64,000 nt of DNA from Octopus sinensis (GCF_006345805.1 NC_042998.1:24676001-24740000); one strand, 5' to 3'. Shown: positions 26,624 through 40,564, counted from the stretch's first letter. A program made the numbers and translations. Notes: generated by a model not told the origin, from the letters alone.

Positions 26624-27595
26624 AACAACAAACAAGATGAAGACAAATATCTGTCAAATGTAAATAATGTAAATAATGTAAATAATGTAAATAATGAACT
26701 GAATCCAGAGTTAAGATCTTATTTTATAAAGCCCTGAAACAAACGAGAGATTTTTTTTTTTACTTTCATCACAATAAAAGCATTACTGTATTTTAGTTAG
26801 GTGAATTTAGATGAATTATTTTAACTGTATCAATTATGATTAAAACAACAAGAGCAACAAAAAAGAAACTTCATATAGTTATCTAATTTAATGGTAACAA
26901 TTAAAATTTTACACTTTAGATGTTTTTACCATTTAGTAGAATATTTCAAAAAACAAGTTGTTACCATGGTCACCCTGCAATTATCAAATGTCAGCTGTGA
27001 GATCAAGAGACAATATAAATATTTAATGATGTATAAAAATTCATATTATGATTGAGAAAAAAACAAAACAAATTAATTTGTTTTTAAAGTGGAATAATTT
27101 GTATCAAAATAACTATTAAAGCCATCTAGATAGCATGAAATGATTTTGTTAATGAAGATAAGCTGATCGCTAAAATTTTTAAATTGTCATAGTTTATGCA
27201 AAATTTCAGAAAAAGAAGCATTATTTTTTTCCGCAGTAAATATCAACTGTATTGGCATCATTTACTTTCAAAGTTGAAATGAAAATATTTATCAATATTC
27301 AAGAGATTTTTTTTTTACTGTTTTTACATAATGTTTACATATTTAAAAAAAAATTAATAAAAATTGATTTTAATAAGATAAATAAATATTTAGATAGAGT
27401 AATGTAAAGAAGCTACAGTACATAGTGGTCTTTATAATTAATATTTGTTAACTCTTAAAGGTTCTGTCATGAAAACTATGAAACCAAGATATTACTTATT
27501 TTATCGTGGATTTGCATTCAATTTAACATTGAATGCAAATCTTCTCTCTGTTGTCAGGTCAAAAAAAAAAAGGTAATTTGCCTTAGTAACTTCCT

Positions 27596-28066
27596 TTAAC
27601 CCTTTCATAACAGTATTTATTTTGAGATGCTCTGTGCTTCTTTCAGTTGATATTAAACATAACAAAGAATTTAGTAAAATAACTTAGTTATCATTAAGCT
27701 AGTGTTAGGAAAATAACTTGTGACTAAGGTTTGGTGGAAGATTTTAATTCAGAACTTTTGAAAACAAGACATTTGTACTACAGAGCCAGGGGTGGTTTCA
27801 GCTATGTTGGTAGGAAATGAGTTGAATTAATCATTTATTAACCCTTTTGTTACCATATTTCTGTTGAGATACTCTGTGTTTCTTTCAATTATTTTAAATA
27901 TAACAAACAATTTTGTAAAATAACTTAGTTATCATTAAGCTAGTGTTAGGAACATAAATTGTGACTAAGGTTTGGTGGAAGATTTTAATTCAAAACTTAT
28001 GGAAACAAGACATTTGTACTACAGACCCTGTGGTGGTTTCAGGTAGGTTGGTATCAAAAGAGTTGA
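27596..28066. mobile_element. Two tandem ~230-bp piggyBac-type MITEs
   Basis: Each starts 'ttaaccctt' and is nearly identical to 40336-40564. Confidence 0.75.
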
Positions 28067-28384
28067 AAAATGCTATGTATTTGTCATGGAATTTTTTGTG
28101 GGAGAATATAAAGGTGGGTGGTTTCATGTTGCCTTTTGGTATTTTTCACAAGACACCATCTTGGTAGCTAGATGAAGACAAGTTCGTTCATACATACTTG
28201 GGCATTGAAAAGGTAAAGAGCTGGAATAAATTCTACAATGAATTTCATCTGCTACTCTAATCCTGCCATTCCAACACAATGAACTGATTCCTTATTTTAT
28301 TGAGCCCTGAAGGATAAATATTAAAGTTGCCTGTGGCAAGATTTGAAATCTGAGTATAAAATCTAAAACAAACAAACAACAAAA

Positions 28385-28530
28385 CAGCACCCATCACTTA
28401 CAGAAACATTTTTTCCTGCTCAGAATTGCTGAAGCATGGAATAAACTACCCGCATCACTTGTTATCTGTCGAGACACTACATCCTTCGAAACTTCCATGC
28501 TTCCTGAAATTTACCAACAGTTCACCTAAT
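28385..28530 (+). mobile_element. CR1/Jockey-like LINE 3' fragment
   Basis: Translates to KHFFLLRIAEAWNKLPASLV, a typical CR1 ORF2 C-terminus. Confidence 0.6.
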
Positions 28531-28549
28531 ACCCCACCTTTTTTCTTTT

Positions 28550-28870
28550 AATGGAACAGCCCGCTCGTAGAATTGACGTGCAAGTGGCTGAGCACTCCAC
28601 AGACACATGTACCCTTAATGCAGTTCTCAGGGAGATTCAGCATGACACAGAGTGTGATAAGGCTGGCCCTTTGAAATATAGGTACAGCAGAAACAGGAAG
28701 AAAAGAGTGAGAGAAAGTTGTAGTGAAAGAATACAGCAGGGTTCGCCATCACCCCCTGCCGGAGCCTCGTGGAGCTTTAGGTGTTTTCACTCAATAAACA
28801 ATTACAACACCTGGTCTGAGAATCGAAACTGCGAGTTTGTTGCCTTAACCACTGAGCCATTGTGCCTCCA
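28550..28870 (-). mobile_element. tRNA(Arg)-like SINE
   Basis: Homologous to 18001-18375. Confidence 0.8.
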
Positions 28871-29024
28871 CTATGCACTGTTATATCTACTACAAAAGAA
28901 GCAACTGAAGAATATTAGGTTACCATGAACAGTAGAATTAATTAACATGTTTGGATGCATATTTCTGTTGCTTAGCTCTGTATTTGTACGAATATTTTAT
29001 ATATATCTGTGTGTGACTCTCTCT

Positions 29025-29410
29025 CTTTACTCTTTTTACTCTTTTACTTGTTTCAGTCATTTGACAACAACCATGTTGGAGCACCGCAAATCGACCCCAG
29101 GACTTATTCTTTGTAAACCTAGTACTTATTCTTTCACTCTCTTTTACCGAACCACTAAGTTACAGGGACGTAAACACACCAGCATCGGTTGTCAATCGAT
29201 GCTGGGGGGAGAATCACAGGCACACAAACACACACACACACATACGATGGGCTTCTTTCAGTTTCCATCTACCAAATCCACTCACAAGGCTTTGGTCGGT
29301 CTGAGGCTATAGCAGAAGACACTTGCCCAAGGTGCCATGCAGTGGGACTGAACCCAGAACCATGCAGTTGGGAAGCAAGCTACTTACTACACAGCCGCTC
29401 CTGCACCTAT
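29025..29410 (-). mobile_element. CORE-type SINE
   Basis: Reverse copy of the 2340 family. Confidence 0.85.
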
Positions 29411-30144
29411 AAATCTAATAAATTATTTCAATTTATCATTTTAGCATGTAAGTATCCCAATGCATAAATAAGCTTTCTGATGAAATTTTTTCCAAACAAG
29501 AATTTTCTGTGTATCTGTTTACGTATATCTGTACATATTAGTGATTACCAATCCATTGTCAAAAAAGATTCTCTAATAAAACTAAATTCAAATACATATG
29601 TTCTAAATATGTCGGCTGCTCCCTTATAATTCCAATGTTTTGATTCTTTTTTAAATAATGTTTCTTTTTAATGTCTCTACTTTTATTTGTATCGAAAGTT
29701 TTTCCTATCATTATTATCTTTTTTCTGATATATTTTGTTTAATTTTCACCTGAACAATTCTAAAAATACCAATTTCCTGTTAGCATCCTTTCCCTTTAAT
29801 CTTCATTATATTTTATCTCTTCAATTCTTGGTGACAAACCTGTGAAATTACTTGTCAAGGCTGATTGTCATTGCTGATATCATGCAAAGAAAAATGTCTT
29901 CATCCCTTTTATTTTAAAGTTTAATGTTCTAATTCTAGAACATATCACTACTCTAAGCGAAGGTAGTTTATTTATCTGTGAATGAATGCATCCAATCAGA
30001 TTCATTGCTATTTAGGGCTGATTGAAGGTATCTGTGACTTTGGCAGCACCTTGAGGTGGCATGTAGTAGTGGGGTATTGTCATGTGTTTGTGATTTTCTT
30101 AGCACTAAAATTAAATTCTTAGAAAAGGTTTCAATAGAAAATAA

Positions 30145-30350
30145 TCTTTTCTACTCTAGGCACAAGGCCTGGAATTTTGGGGGAACGGGCCCAGTTGATT
30201 AGATCGATCCCACTGTGCAACTGGTACTTAATTTATCGACCCCAAAAGGATGAAAGGCAAAGTCGACCGTGGCAGAATTTGAACTCAGAATGTGAAGACA
30301 GACGGAATACTGCTAAGCATTTCGCCCGGTGTGCTAATGTTTCTGCTAGT
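30145..30350 (-). mobile_element. Meta-domain SINE monomer
   Basis: Meta core on the minus strand. Confidence 0.8.
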
Positions 30351-30599
30351 ACGTGCATTAAGAATAGGGACAACGTAAATTTACTATCTGCTTTTATAGC
30401 AAGTCGATGCTGGAAGTTTAACCTGTCCCCTTCCAACTTTTAGTTCATGCAATTGAAAAAACCTCATTATTTATGGGATGATCCAATATGCCTTCATTAT
30501 GAATGAGGAAAATCCTGGGAATTTTCTACAATAATCATTTCAGAAATAGGCACAGGTATAGTCTCTATATTTAGTCTTTTATCTTTGTTCAGAGTTTTA

Positions 30600-31310
30600 C
30601 AAAAAATTTATTAATATTTTCCTCAAGTATTTTCCTCTCTACTTCCATTTTATGGTGTTTGGTGAATGCTGCAAAAGCACAGTGAACTTTGGTGAGAGTG
30701 CTACGCAGCTCTGTCCTATATAACAGATTGTGTCCTGAAATTTGCAACATCCAGTTTTACAGTCAGATTTATGGATCATATTGGTCATCCATACTTGGTT
30801 TTTTGGCTCATGTTTTTTTTTATGTGTTTTTTGACAAGAAGGCTTTAGCTTTTGGTGTTTTTATAGTACATTATCAGTTTAAATTGACGGTCAGATGTGA
30901 TGCATTTTGTATTACATTTTATGAGGGGTTTTATTATACGTTCATCTGTTCAATAGTTTTCTCCATTTGGTTCATGTAATCGATTTTATGTGCAGTTCAT
31001 GTATTTCTATTAGGTGTATTTTCTGGCATATTTGTTGCATTGTATTTGTGTCTCCATTCTTTTATGGCTTGGTCCGCAAGTCTTTTAGAGTATCTGTTGT
31101 TAATGTCTATTTAATTCTATGTATTTCTTTCTCTGGTGCATTGTTTGTGGATGAGAATATAAATGCTCTTCTGAGGAATGATTTTTACCAATAACATCTT
31201 ATAGTCAGGTGAGCATTCACTTTCACTTTCTCTGTGTGGGTGTAGGTAAGTGTTTTATTCTTTGGTGCATATTGATCTAATGTATCTGTTCCTTCTTTTC
31301 AATCTGTATG
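30600..31310 (-). pseudogene. Decayed PLE C-terminal/GIY-YIG remnant
   Basis: Minus strand gives C..ICYIGQS near 30700-30745; composition resembles the PLE remnant at 19-22 kb. Confidence 0.45.
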
Positions 31311-31354
31311 TTTATGTCTAAAATCAAGCTCTTATTTGTGTTCTCTCCCTTTCA

Positions 31355-31446
<92 letters not shown>

Positions 31447-31525
31447 CGTATATATATGTATATATATATACACAACACATACATATGTATGTCTGTGTAT
31501 ATATGTGTATATATACATATATATA

Positions 31526-31576
<51 letters not shown>

Positions 31577-31749
31577 CATCATCATCATTTAACGTCCGTT
31601 TTCCATGCTAGCTTGGGTTGGAATATTATATACATATATATATACATACATATATATATGTATATAGCGGACGTAAACGATGATGATGATGATGATGATA
31701 CATATATATATATACATACATATATATATATGTAAATTTATATATATAT

Positions 31750-31830
<81 letters not shown>

Positions 31831-31850
31831 TATATACATACATATATATA

Positions 31851-32057
31851 CAGAGTGTCCCAGAAGTTACGCACCATTCTGGTTTACATTTAAAATAATT
31901 AAAGCATTTTATTTTATTATATTTTTCCGGCATGTTTTATTGTAGAGGGTGCTCAATTTGAGCATTTGTTATGATCAATTTCAATAATGTGTTTTTGAAA
32001 TCAGTAAGGGTGTATTCTTTTAAAAAACCAGGGTGGTACATGACTTCTGGGACAACC
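31851..32057. mobile_element. Tc1/mariner-type MITE
   Basis: Imperfect TIRs 'cagagtgtcccagaagttacgcacca' and 'tggtacatgacttctgggacaacc', next to (TA)n. Confidence 0.6.
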
Positions 32058-33316
32058 TTCGAAATGCAGAGTAGATGAAACCATGGCGACTGAAGAAGGG
32101 GAATTTTCCTTGTGTTATTTGTCCTGTACTCTATTTTATCATTGTTTAAGAAAAATGTCCAGTTCCTTGGTTTTGTGTTTATGTTTTCGTTTCTCTTTGT
32201 GTTCGACGTTTTTTTTTGATGTCCTGTACCCATATATGCATGTATATATACATGTAGATGTAGGTACGTACATATATGTATGCATATATGCATATGTTTT
32301 ATTTATTAATTATATATATATATATATATACAAGCGGATAATTTTATAACTTCATTAAACTGAAAGGCAATTTCGTTAAACCAAAGAGCAAAAATGAAAA
32401 TAGGGGTGCAGCTAGACGTGCTTGGGTGACACTGAGGCTTTTAGGTTTTATCACCTTATATTCATGTATTTGGGTTTTACCATTGGGTGCCCTAATATTT
32501 TGATATATATTTATATTCGATTTTTAATAATTTGGGAATGATAGAGAGCTGCTTTGACTGACTGGAGTGTTTATTCATTTATACCTTTCAATTTATATCT
32601 ATACATATATATATATATATGAATGTAGTATGCATTTTTAATTCATATATATATATGTATGTATGAGTGTGCATGTTGTATATGTATTTATTATCTACAT
32701 ACTTACAAGTGTTATATGTACACTCACACACACACACACACACACACACACATTCACATGCACACACATACATCATATCAACAGAAATAAATTCAATGCA
32801 ATAAATAAAACAGATTACAAACTACACAAGTGAAAATATAATAACTAAGCTACGCATATATATGAACCAAATAACTCCAGGCTATGGAATAAATGAACAT
32901 GATATTAATACACATGTTTAATAGAACCATAAACTAATACTAATTATATACTATAAGAACACAAAAATGTAATATTTTCTAATCAACAACATATCAGAAG
33001 CTTCAAGGCAGTAAATAAACTACATATGACCAATGCAATTCACAAAGAGGAAGCCTCTATGTGGTAATTCAGTGGGCTAGAAGTAGCAGCTTACCTCCTC
33101 CAAATCATTCTTCTTATGCATTTTGGAGACATAATAGCAGAAACTGTGTAAAAGCCCATTATTCATATACATACATGCATACATACATACATACATACAT
33201 ACATACATACATACATACATACATACATACATACATCATACATACATACATACAAACATACAAACATACATATTTGCATATATATATATATGTGTGTGTA
33301 TATATATATATATATT

Positions 33317-34358
33317 TTACATTTTATAAAGGGCTTAGTAAAACAAATTACTTTGCCACATACTGAACTCATTAGAAATAGCAGCCAAAAATTTTTTTTT
33401 TAGCTATTTCTAATACTTAAAGAAAATTTCTCTCAGATAGTGTTTACTCAAAATAACCCACGAAGGTATGGGGGTACAAACATTAAAAAATCACAAGTGC
33501 AAAGATTATTTGAGAACGTAATCTTTGCACTTGTGATTTTTTAATGTTTTTACCCCCATACCTTCGTGGGTTATTTTGAGTAAACACTATCTGAGAGAAA
33601 TTTTCTTTAAGTATTAGAAATGGCTAAAAAAATTTTTTTTGGCTGCTATTTCTAATGAGTTCAGTATGTGGTAAAGTAATTTATTTTACTAAGCCCTTTA
33701 TAAAATGTAATATTTTGAATTCGCCTTAAATGGTCCCTTTACATACTGAATACTTGGTGAAATTGATTAATAATTAATTAATTTTACCCTCAATTGTTGA
33801 AATTATAATTCATTTCTCTCTGTTTATTGCTTCGGTTTTCACCGATAAAACATGGTGTTTGCTAGTTTAGCCCACATGGGTGGAAAGGGAGGGCAGAAAT
33901 TCTTCGCTTGCATACTTTGAATTTGTTGGCACTGTTAGTTTGAACGGATCTTCGGAGGTGAAAAGTCGCCAAAAGGGTATGCTCCTACTTTCAGTGTTTA
34001 CAAATCCGAATTAAGAAATTTTTAGCTGACGAAAGAAATGTCGAATTGTATTTGGCTAATCTAGAAACGTACGTTCTCAAATAATCTTTGCACTTGTGAT
34101 TTTTTAATGTTTTTACCCCCATACCTTCGTAGGTTATTTTGAGTAAACACTATCTGAGAGAATTTTCTTTAAGTATTAGAAATGGCTAAAAAATTTTTTT
34201 TGGCTGCTATTTCTAATGAGTTCAGTATGTGGTAAAGTATTTATTTTACTAAGCCCTTTATAAAATGTAATATTTTGAATTCGCCTTAATGGTCCCTTTA
34301 CATACTGAATACTTGGTGAAATTGATTAATAATTAATTAATTTTACCCTCAATTGTTG

Positions 34359-34366
<8 letters not shown>
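33317..34366 (+). mobile_element. PLE pseudo-LTR-type structure: inverted copy plus 563-bp-period direct repeat with a hammerhead-like motif
   Basis: Hairpin 33317-33710 with about 190-bp arms; 33519-33807 is repeated at 34082-34366; motif CTGACGA..GAAACGTACGTT at 34026-34075; (TA)n on both flanks. Confidence 0.85.
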
Positions 34367-34407
<41 letters not shown>

Positions 34408-34547
34408 TTATATATATATATGTGTGTATGTATGTATGTATGTATGTATGTATGTATAGGGAGAATTCACAAAAAAAACAGAAGACAAAGACAGGTGGTG
34501 TAGACAACAAACAGATGTATTAGTATAACGCTCGGGAAGTGAAAAAG

Positions 34548-34585
34548 TCTTTAACGTTTCAAGCCTATGCTCTTCCACAGAAAGA
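34548..34585 (-). ncRNA. Minimal hammerhead-like motif with CUGUGGA core
   Basis: Minus strand: tcttt-ctgtgga-a-gagc-atag-gctt-gaaa-cg-tt-aaaga. Confidence 0.6.
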
Positions 34586-34977
34586 AAAAAGTTATATATA
34601 TATATATTTATACATGCATTTATATATATATATATATATATATACATACATACACACACACACACATGTGTGTGTATATATATGTATATATATATTTGAA
34701 TATGCATAAATGTGTATAGAATAATATATCAGTTGAATAAAGTTAAAACATGGTCTGGTTTTCACATTTTCTATTATGGTATTTAAAAACAAATATAAAT
34801 ATTTTTACAGTGTTGAAGTGCGTTGAACATTAAAAACCTATTTTGTAACGTTCATAAAGTTCAATTAGCATTTCATACATTCATAGTAATCATCAGATTT
34901 TAAAGTATATTTAACTGACAGTTGAGTTCTTGACAACTGTAGTAAAATAACTGACTTCTTCTTTTTGTACCTCTTAG

Positions 34978-35044
34978 AAGGCTCCAACAAACTGAATGTT
35001 TGAAATATGGTTTTGACCAATCAGCATGCAGCTTAAACTTCATG
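34978..35044 (+). CDS. Putative exon 3 (-RLQQTECLKYGFDQSACSLNFM)
   Basis: Branch-point-like 'ctgac', pyrimidine tract 'ttcttctttttgtacctcttag|' (NAGNAG alternative at 34981), donor 'ATG|gtttgc'. Phase 2-0. Confidence 0.55.
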
Positions 35045-37139
35045 GTTTGCTGGGCACACTGATATTACTGACATAGATCCCACCTTTATTTTAAACAATT
35101 AGCTTGCAGTTTACATGTAATGGTTTTATGAGTGAGCAAACTTGGTTGGATTTGTTCGTTTTTATTTCAATTCATGGGAGTCTTCAGTAATTTGTTTATG
35201 TTCATATGTTAAAGATATTTTTTAATCTACATCATTAACTGGTTGTTACAATATTATTATTTCTGTTCAAAATAGGTTTGAACATTTTAATAAACCGTTT
35301 TTCATTTATCTTTCTTCCAATCTCACTTGTGTCATGTAGTTTGTGGAAAAGAAAAATTAGAAACATTTTCTGACCACATGTTTCTATATGTTCGCTCAAT
35401 GGAATTTGGCGAACATTAGTGTTCAGATTTGTTGCCTGTGGACTCATGAGCACTCTGATGATGAATTCCCTGTCTCACCAATATATAGTTCCTCGAAATT
35501 CAGGCATTTAATGCAGTAGATCAAATTTCTGCTTTTGCAGTTCATATCTGCATTTCTGAAAATCTATCCATTTTTTGTTCTCATGGATCTACCAGAATGC
35601 ATTGACATCTGTTATCATTACACTTGTGATCATTACACATCTGTTATCATGTGAACTGAACCTGAAATCATGTCTGCTGGGAAGCAAACTTCTAGACCAC
35701 ACAGCCACATCTGACCCTTAAATATTCTTGTCAAATTTGAGATATTTATATCATTTGTCACTGGAGACAGGGGAGATAGAGTCTAATGGTATCCATATTC
35801 CATATCATCATCATCATCATCATCCTCATCACTTAACATTGGTTTTCCATGCTGGTACGGGTTGAATGGTTTGACAGGAATTGGTAAGCTGGAGAGCTGC
35901 ACCAGGTTCCAGTCTGATTTGGTATGGTTTCTACAGTTGGATGCTCTTCCAAAAGTCAACCACTTAACAAGTGTACTGGGTGCTTCAAACCTGACACCAG
36001 CATGGGTGCTATTTACCTGGCACCAGCACAGTTCTTACCTACTGAGCAATTTTTTCTTCAGTGGCTACTAAAAATAGTCACTTACAATTCTATATATTAT
36101 GGCGGAAACTTACAAACATTTGCATAAGATATTTAATAATCTCCATACGGGGTGAGAAAACTTTACAATTACTCAAACAAAGAGATATTTTAAATTTCCT
36201 GCAGTTTCTTATTTTCAAAATTCCTGACATAGATTTTGCATCTTTACTTCTAGCACTCTACTGAATTCCTTGTAAAGTAGAAAGAATATAATTTGTTTTC
36301 TTGTACAGTGTTATTTCTGGATATTGTCCGAAGATTTTGGGAGATTTGAATCATGGCTGAATATATTTAGAATGGCATTATTGGTTTAATTTAATCTCGT
36401 TCTAAATGTAATTGAATCTTTTACTGACTAATGTAAAGTGACAGAGATCTGAGTCAACACTTTAAATTCTTAAACCTATTGGGAGTAAATAGTTATTAAG
36501 TGACACAACCAATTGGATTTACTCAAAGCAATAAAGTACTTCATCTATGGTTAAACAGTGACACATTGTAGCGACTGAAAGATGAGAAGATGAGCAAGTT
36601 CAACTTGAGTATCATTTGGTATATACATTGACATATGTTTAAATGACGGTGTACCTTTTTTGTTTTATTGTATTTACAAATAATGAAGAAAATGTGAAAT
36701 GGATTGAGAATCGTTGCTTAAATGGTTTTAAAATATTCTCATTGTAAATTTAGAACATCAATCAGGCAATGCATTATAAGCTGGTTAGAAGCTTCTTTTA
36801 CACCACTTAACTTCAAAGTCAAAGTCTATATATATTGAAAGACCAGAAATTTGTTTAACTTCACAAGAATGAGTTCCTGTATTTGACATAAAAATTAGAA
36901 ACAATCTACTGGCGATTCTCTAAAGTATGGATTTCATTTCATTTAATTCGGTTGAATTCTTTAATGAAACGAGGAAAAAAGCTAATCACAGATTCAGTGT
37001 TATAAAAATTGATGGAATTTGTAGCTTTTCTCTCATTTCCATTAAATGAACAGGATATAAAATCTTTTACAGGATGAACCAAATTTGGAATTGCAACCCA
37101 ATAAATCACTCAGCAACTTCACAGAGCTGCCACTGCCGA

Positions 37140-37880
37140 TAGACAAAACCTATTTCTTTACTACCCACAAGGTGCTAAACACAGAGGAGCCAAACAAGGA
37201 CAGACAAATAGATTAAGACGATTATATCAACCCCAGTGCATAACCAGTACTTTATTTATCGACCTCGAAAGGATGAAAGGCAAAGTCGACCTTAGCAGAA
37301 TTTGAACTCAGAATGTAATGGCAGACGAAATACGGCTACGCATTTCACCCGGTGTGCCAACGTTTCTGCCAGCTCGCCGCCTTCTATAGACAAAACCAAT
37401 AAGTGTGGTGGGCCAGAACAGTCAAGTTGAGGCCTATGGATATATAAAGAGACCTTTTCCAAGGAAATCCTCAGTTTGAGAGGATTCCTCTGAATTCAAA
37501 AGCAATTTTGTTTCGACTTATGTAATTTTTCTCAAAGGCTCTTCTTGTAGTATCTACTCAGTGTCTATTTCTCATAGTATTATTTCAAAAATAGCTGAAC
37601 TTTGCAATTGAATAATATGGTGTTGTTCACGAGATAAACACTGCCAATATTTGGCTGTTTTTAAGGCGGTGAGCTGGCAAAAGTTTTAGCACACCAGGCA
37701 ATTGCTTGGCAGCATTTCGCCTGTCTTTATGTTCTGAGTTCAAATTCTGTGGACGTCAACTTTGCCTTTTATCCTTTTAGGGTTGATACAATAAGTACCA
37801 GTTGGGTACCCCTGGGGTCAATGTAATGAAATTGTCCTTTTTCTCGAAGTTGCTGGCCTTGTGTCAAAATTTGAAACCAA
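37140..37880. mobile_element. Two divergent Meta-domain SINEs (37140-37384 minus; 37665-37880 plus)
   Basis: Meta core found on opposite strands. Confidence 0.8.
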
Positions 37881-38252
37881 TCTTTGGTTGATTCTTTGAA
37901 CTTCATTTATTTGAAAGACCAGAGGATTTGAAGAACAGATTAGAAGAGATTAAAAGAATTACATAACTTTGTAATTTAGAAATATCTTTTAGTGAGATTC
38001 ATGGGAAATCTGAATTGAAATGAAGAAGTATTTAATTGAAATCATTAATTTATTTGCTGGAGAATTCTTTCATATTGAACAATTTCACAGAATGTTAAAA
38101 AACAAAATGGTCTCCTCTTTTTTTTTGCTATTTCCTCATAGGCCAACCCAGATTGAGAAGAGACATTGGCAAACAATCTTTACTACAAGTTGAACTATGT
38201 AAAGCATTAGAGAAAGAAACCTGGCTGTTTCTTGCAATATATACAATACATA

Positions 38253-38288
<36 letters not shown>

Positions 38289-38598
38289 TTAACGTCCGCT
38301 TTCCATGCTAGCATGGGTTGGACGGTTCAACTGGGGTCTGGGGAGCCCGAAGGCTGCACCAGGCCAGTCAGATCTGGCAGTGTTTCTACAGCTGGATGCC
38401 CTTCCTAACATCTAAAGCAAAATTATTTTAGGAGCCCTTAAAATACTATTGTGGGTCCCCAATTTATTATTTGGTTGTATGGACCTCCAAAATTTTAAAT
38501 CGACCCTTAGGGATCAAATGGACCCCAGTCGAAAAGGTATCTCTTATTTCAAACCCTGGGCAGATGGTGCTTGTAAGGCAGCACTACATTCATCTAAG

Positions 38599-38872
38599 CA
38601 GTGTTTCCAAAACTTTTTCGGGCTGCCACCCTCTTGACACCCAGGTCACATTCCTAGTGCCCCCCACCCCAACTAACCATCACAAACATAGACCTCTTTT
38701 TGAAGCAAATTCAGAGCAACTGAATTTCACAAATAAAACTTAAACTAATGAACCCATTATTTTGTTGTTTTACATGAATCACTACCTCATTATTGCCCCA
38801 CTTTTCTTCAATGCCACCTTGGAACTTTCCACTGCCCCATGCGGGCAATACCACCCACTTTGGGAACCAATA
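38599..38872. mobile_element. hAT-type MITE, degenerate
   Basis: Ends 'cagtgtttccaaaact' and 'actttgggaaccaata'. Confidence 0.45.
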
Positions 38873-38999
38873 AGGGAAAGAAACTCTGACAGAAAAGCAG
38901 CCCCCAACTCTTGAATAACTTACCAATTCCAGAAACTTCAAACATTCATAAGATTCCACAGCATCTTGAAGAGGCAGTGGTTTGTAAATGGGACAGAAA

Positions 39000-39540
39000 G
39001 AGAAGCAAGAAATGCTTCAGTGAAGGTTGAGAGGAAGCTCAGGTGCCAATTGTATTACTACAAGGACTCTCAGGGGTGGGGGGCGTAGAAGAAATATGCA
39101 AAACTCAAGAACACCTGGGGAAGAACTGTTGAGAAAGAGAGGCAGGCCAATTGATAGGGAATGTAGAACCAGGTGTGAACCATAGCTGACTGACAGGGCA
39201 GTATAGAAGATGGAAGTGTGCCACCTGACACGAAATGGAAAGGAGGAGGAGGAGGACGAGAAGAAGGGGGATGGGAGGGGAGGAGGAAAAGGAGAAGAAG
39301 AGGGGGGAATGGGGAGGAGGAGGGGTGGAAGAAGAAGGGGGAGGGGAGGGATGGGGAGGAGGAGGAGAAGAAGAAGAAGAAAAAGAAGAAGAGGAGGGGA
39401 GCAGGAAGAAGAAGAGGAGGATAAGAAAGAAGAGGAGGTGGAGGAGAAGGAAGAAGGAGAGGAGGAGGAAGCGGAAGATGATGATGAAGAAGGAGAAGAA
39501 GAAGAAGAAGAAGAAGAAGAAGAAGAAGAAGAAGAAGAAG
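39000..39540 (+). mobile_element. Old RTE-like LINE 3' remnant followed by a (GAG/GAA)n tract
   Basis: Translates to KNTWGRTVEKE near 39107-39140; purine microsatellite at 39240-39540. Confidence 0.5.
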
Positions 39541-40335
39541 AATGAGCTTAGTAAATGCAACAACACTAATGTTATCCAATCAGTGGAAAGTGATAGAATG
39601 AATTTTCTGGAATGACAAAGTAATTTTTAGTATTCAGTTATCTCCGTCTCTGTTCTTGATAGAATTCCTGTTAGTAATAACTTTGCCTAACAGTCATTCA
39701 CTGGGGAGATTTAATCAATTATAACTTTCACCTGAACTGCTTGTGTCTTTGCATCAAAGAGAGAAATCAATAAGGAAAATCATTTAGTGTTTAAAGCATT
39801 TTTTCAGCTTGAACCAATATTAAATTACACAAACTGAAACAGAAAATAAGAAATAAAGCTGACTTGACATTTATTCCCAGGTGAGTGCATCACACACTAA
39901 TGCAGGTATGATAAGACAGTTTACTATAATTGCATGACAGAATTTATAACAAAAGTGGCGGAAGGCAGGACTAATAGATTATTGTAAGTGATACAGACAG
40001 AGGGAAACGAAACGAGGATTTGTGTCCTTCACTGGCAACGGGGGCCTAAGACTTTTAACAAAGGAAGGATTAGAGTTTTTCGTTGTTCGTGTTTTTATTT
40101 TAGATTTGCTAATAATATAAATAATATGTGGTGTAATGAAATGCTTGACAGTAAAGTGGTTGGTAGGTTGGTGATTGAAGGAGCATTCAGTCATTAAAAG
40201 CCATGCCAAACTGCCCTTCCTCCCTGCAAAAAAAAAAAACGAAAACAAAAGAACATAAAAAGACCTACCAACAGCATACATGACAAATGATCATGGTTGA
40301 AGTAGGGGTGATGCTGGAAGAGTTGTCCTACCCAA

Positions 40336-40564
40336 TTAACCCTTTCATTACTGTGTTTATTTTGAGATGCTCTGTGTTTCTTTCAATTACATTAAATATA
40401 ACAAAGAATTTAGTAAAATAACTTAGTTATCATTAAGCTAGTGTTAGGAACATAAATTGTGACTAAGGTTTGGTGAAAGATTTCAATTCAAAACTTATGT
40501 AAACAAGACATTTGTTCTACAGAGCCAGAGCTAGTTTCAGCCAGGTTGGTAATGAAAGGATTAA
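40336..40564. mobile_element. piggyBac-type MITE
   Basis: TTAA-ccctttcattac ... gtaatgaaagga-TTAA. Confidence 0.8.

Larger units (their letters stand above)
23843..26697 (+). mobile_element. tRNA-like head/(AAT)n/hammerhead element, plus copy split by the Dong-like LINE
   Basis: Head at 23843-23903; (AAT)n on both sides of the LINE; hammerhead-like motif at 26581-26623; (AAATAATGT)n tail. Confidence 0.8.
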
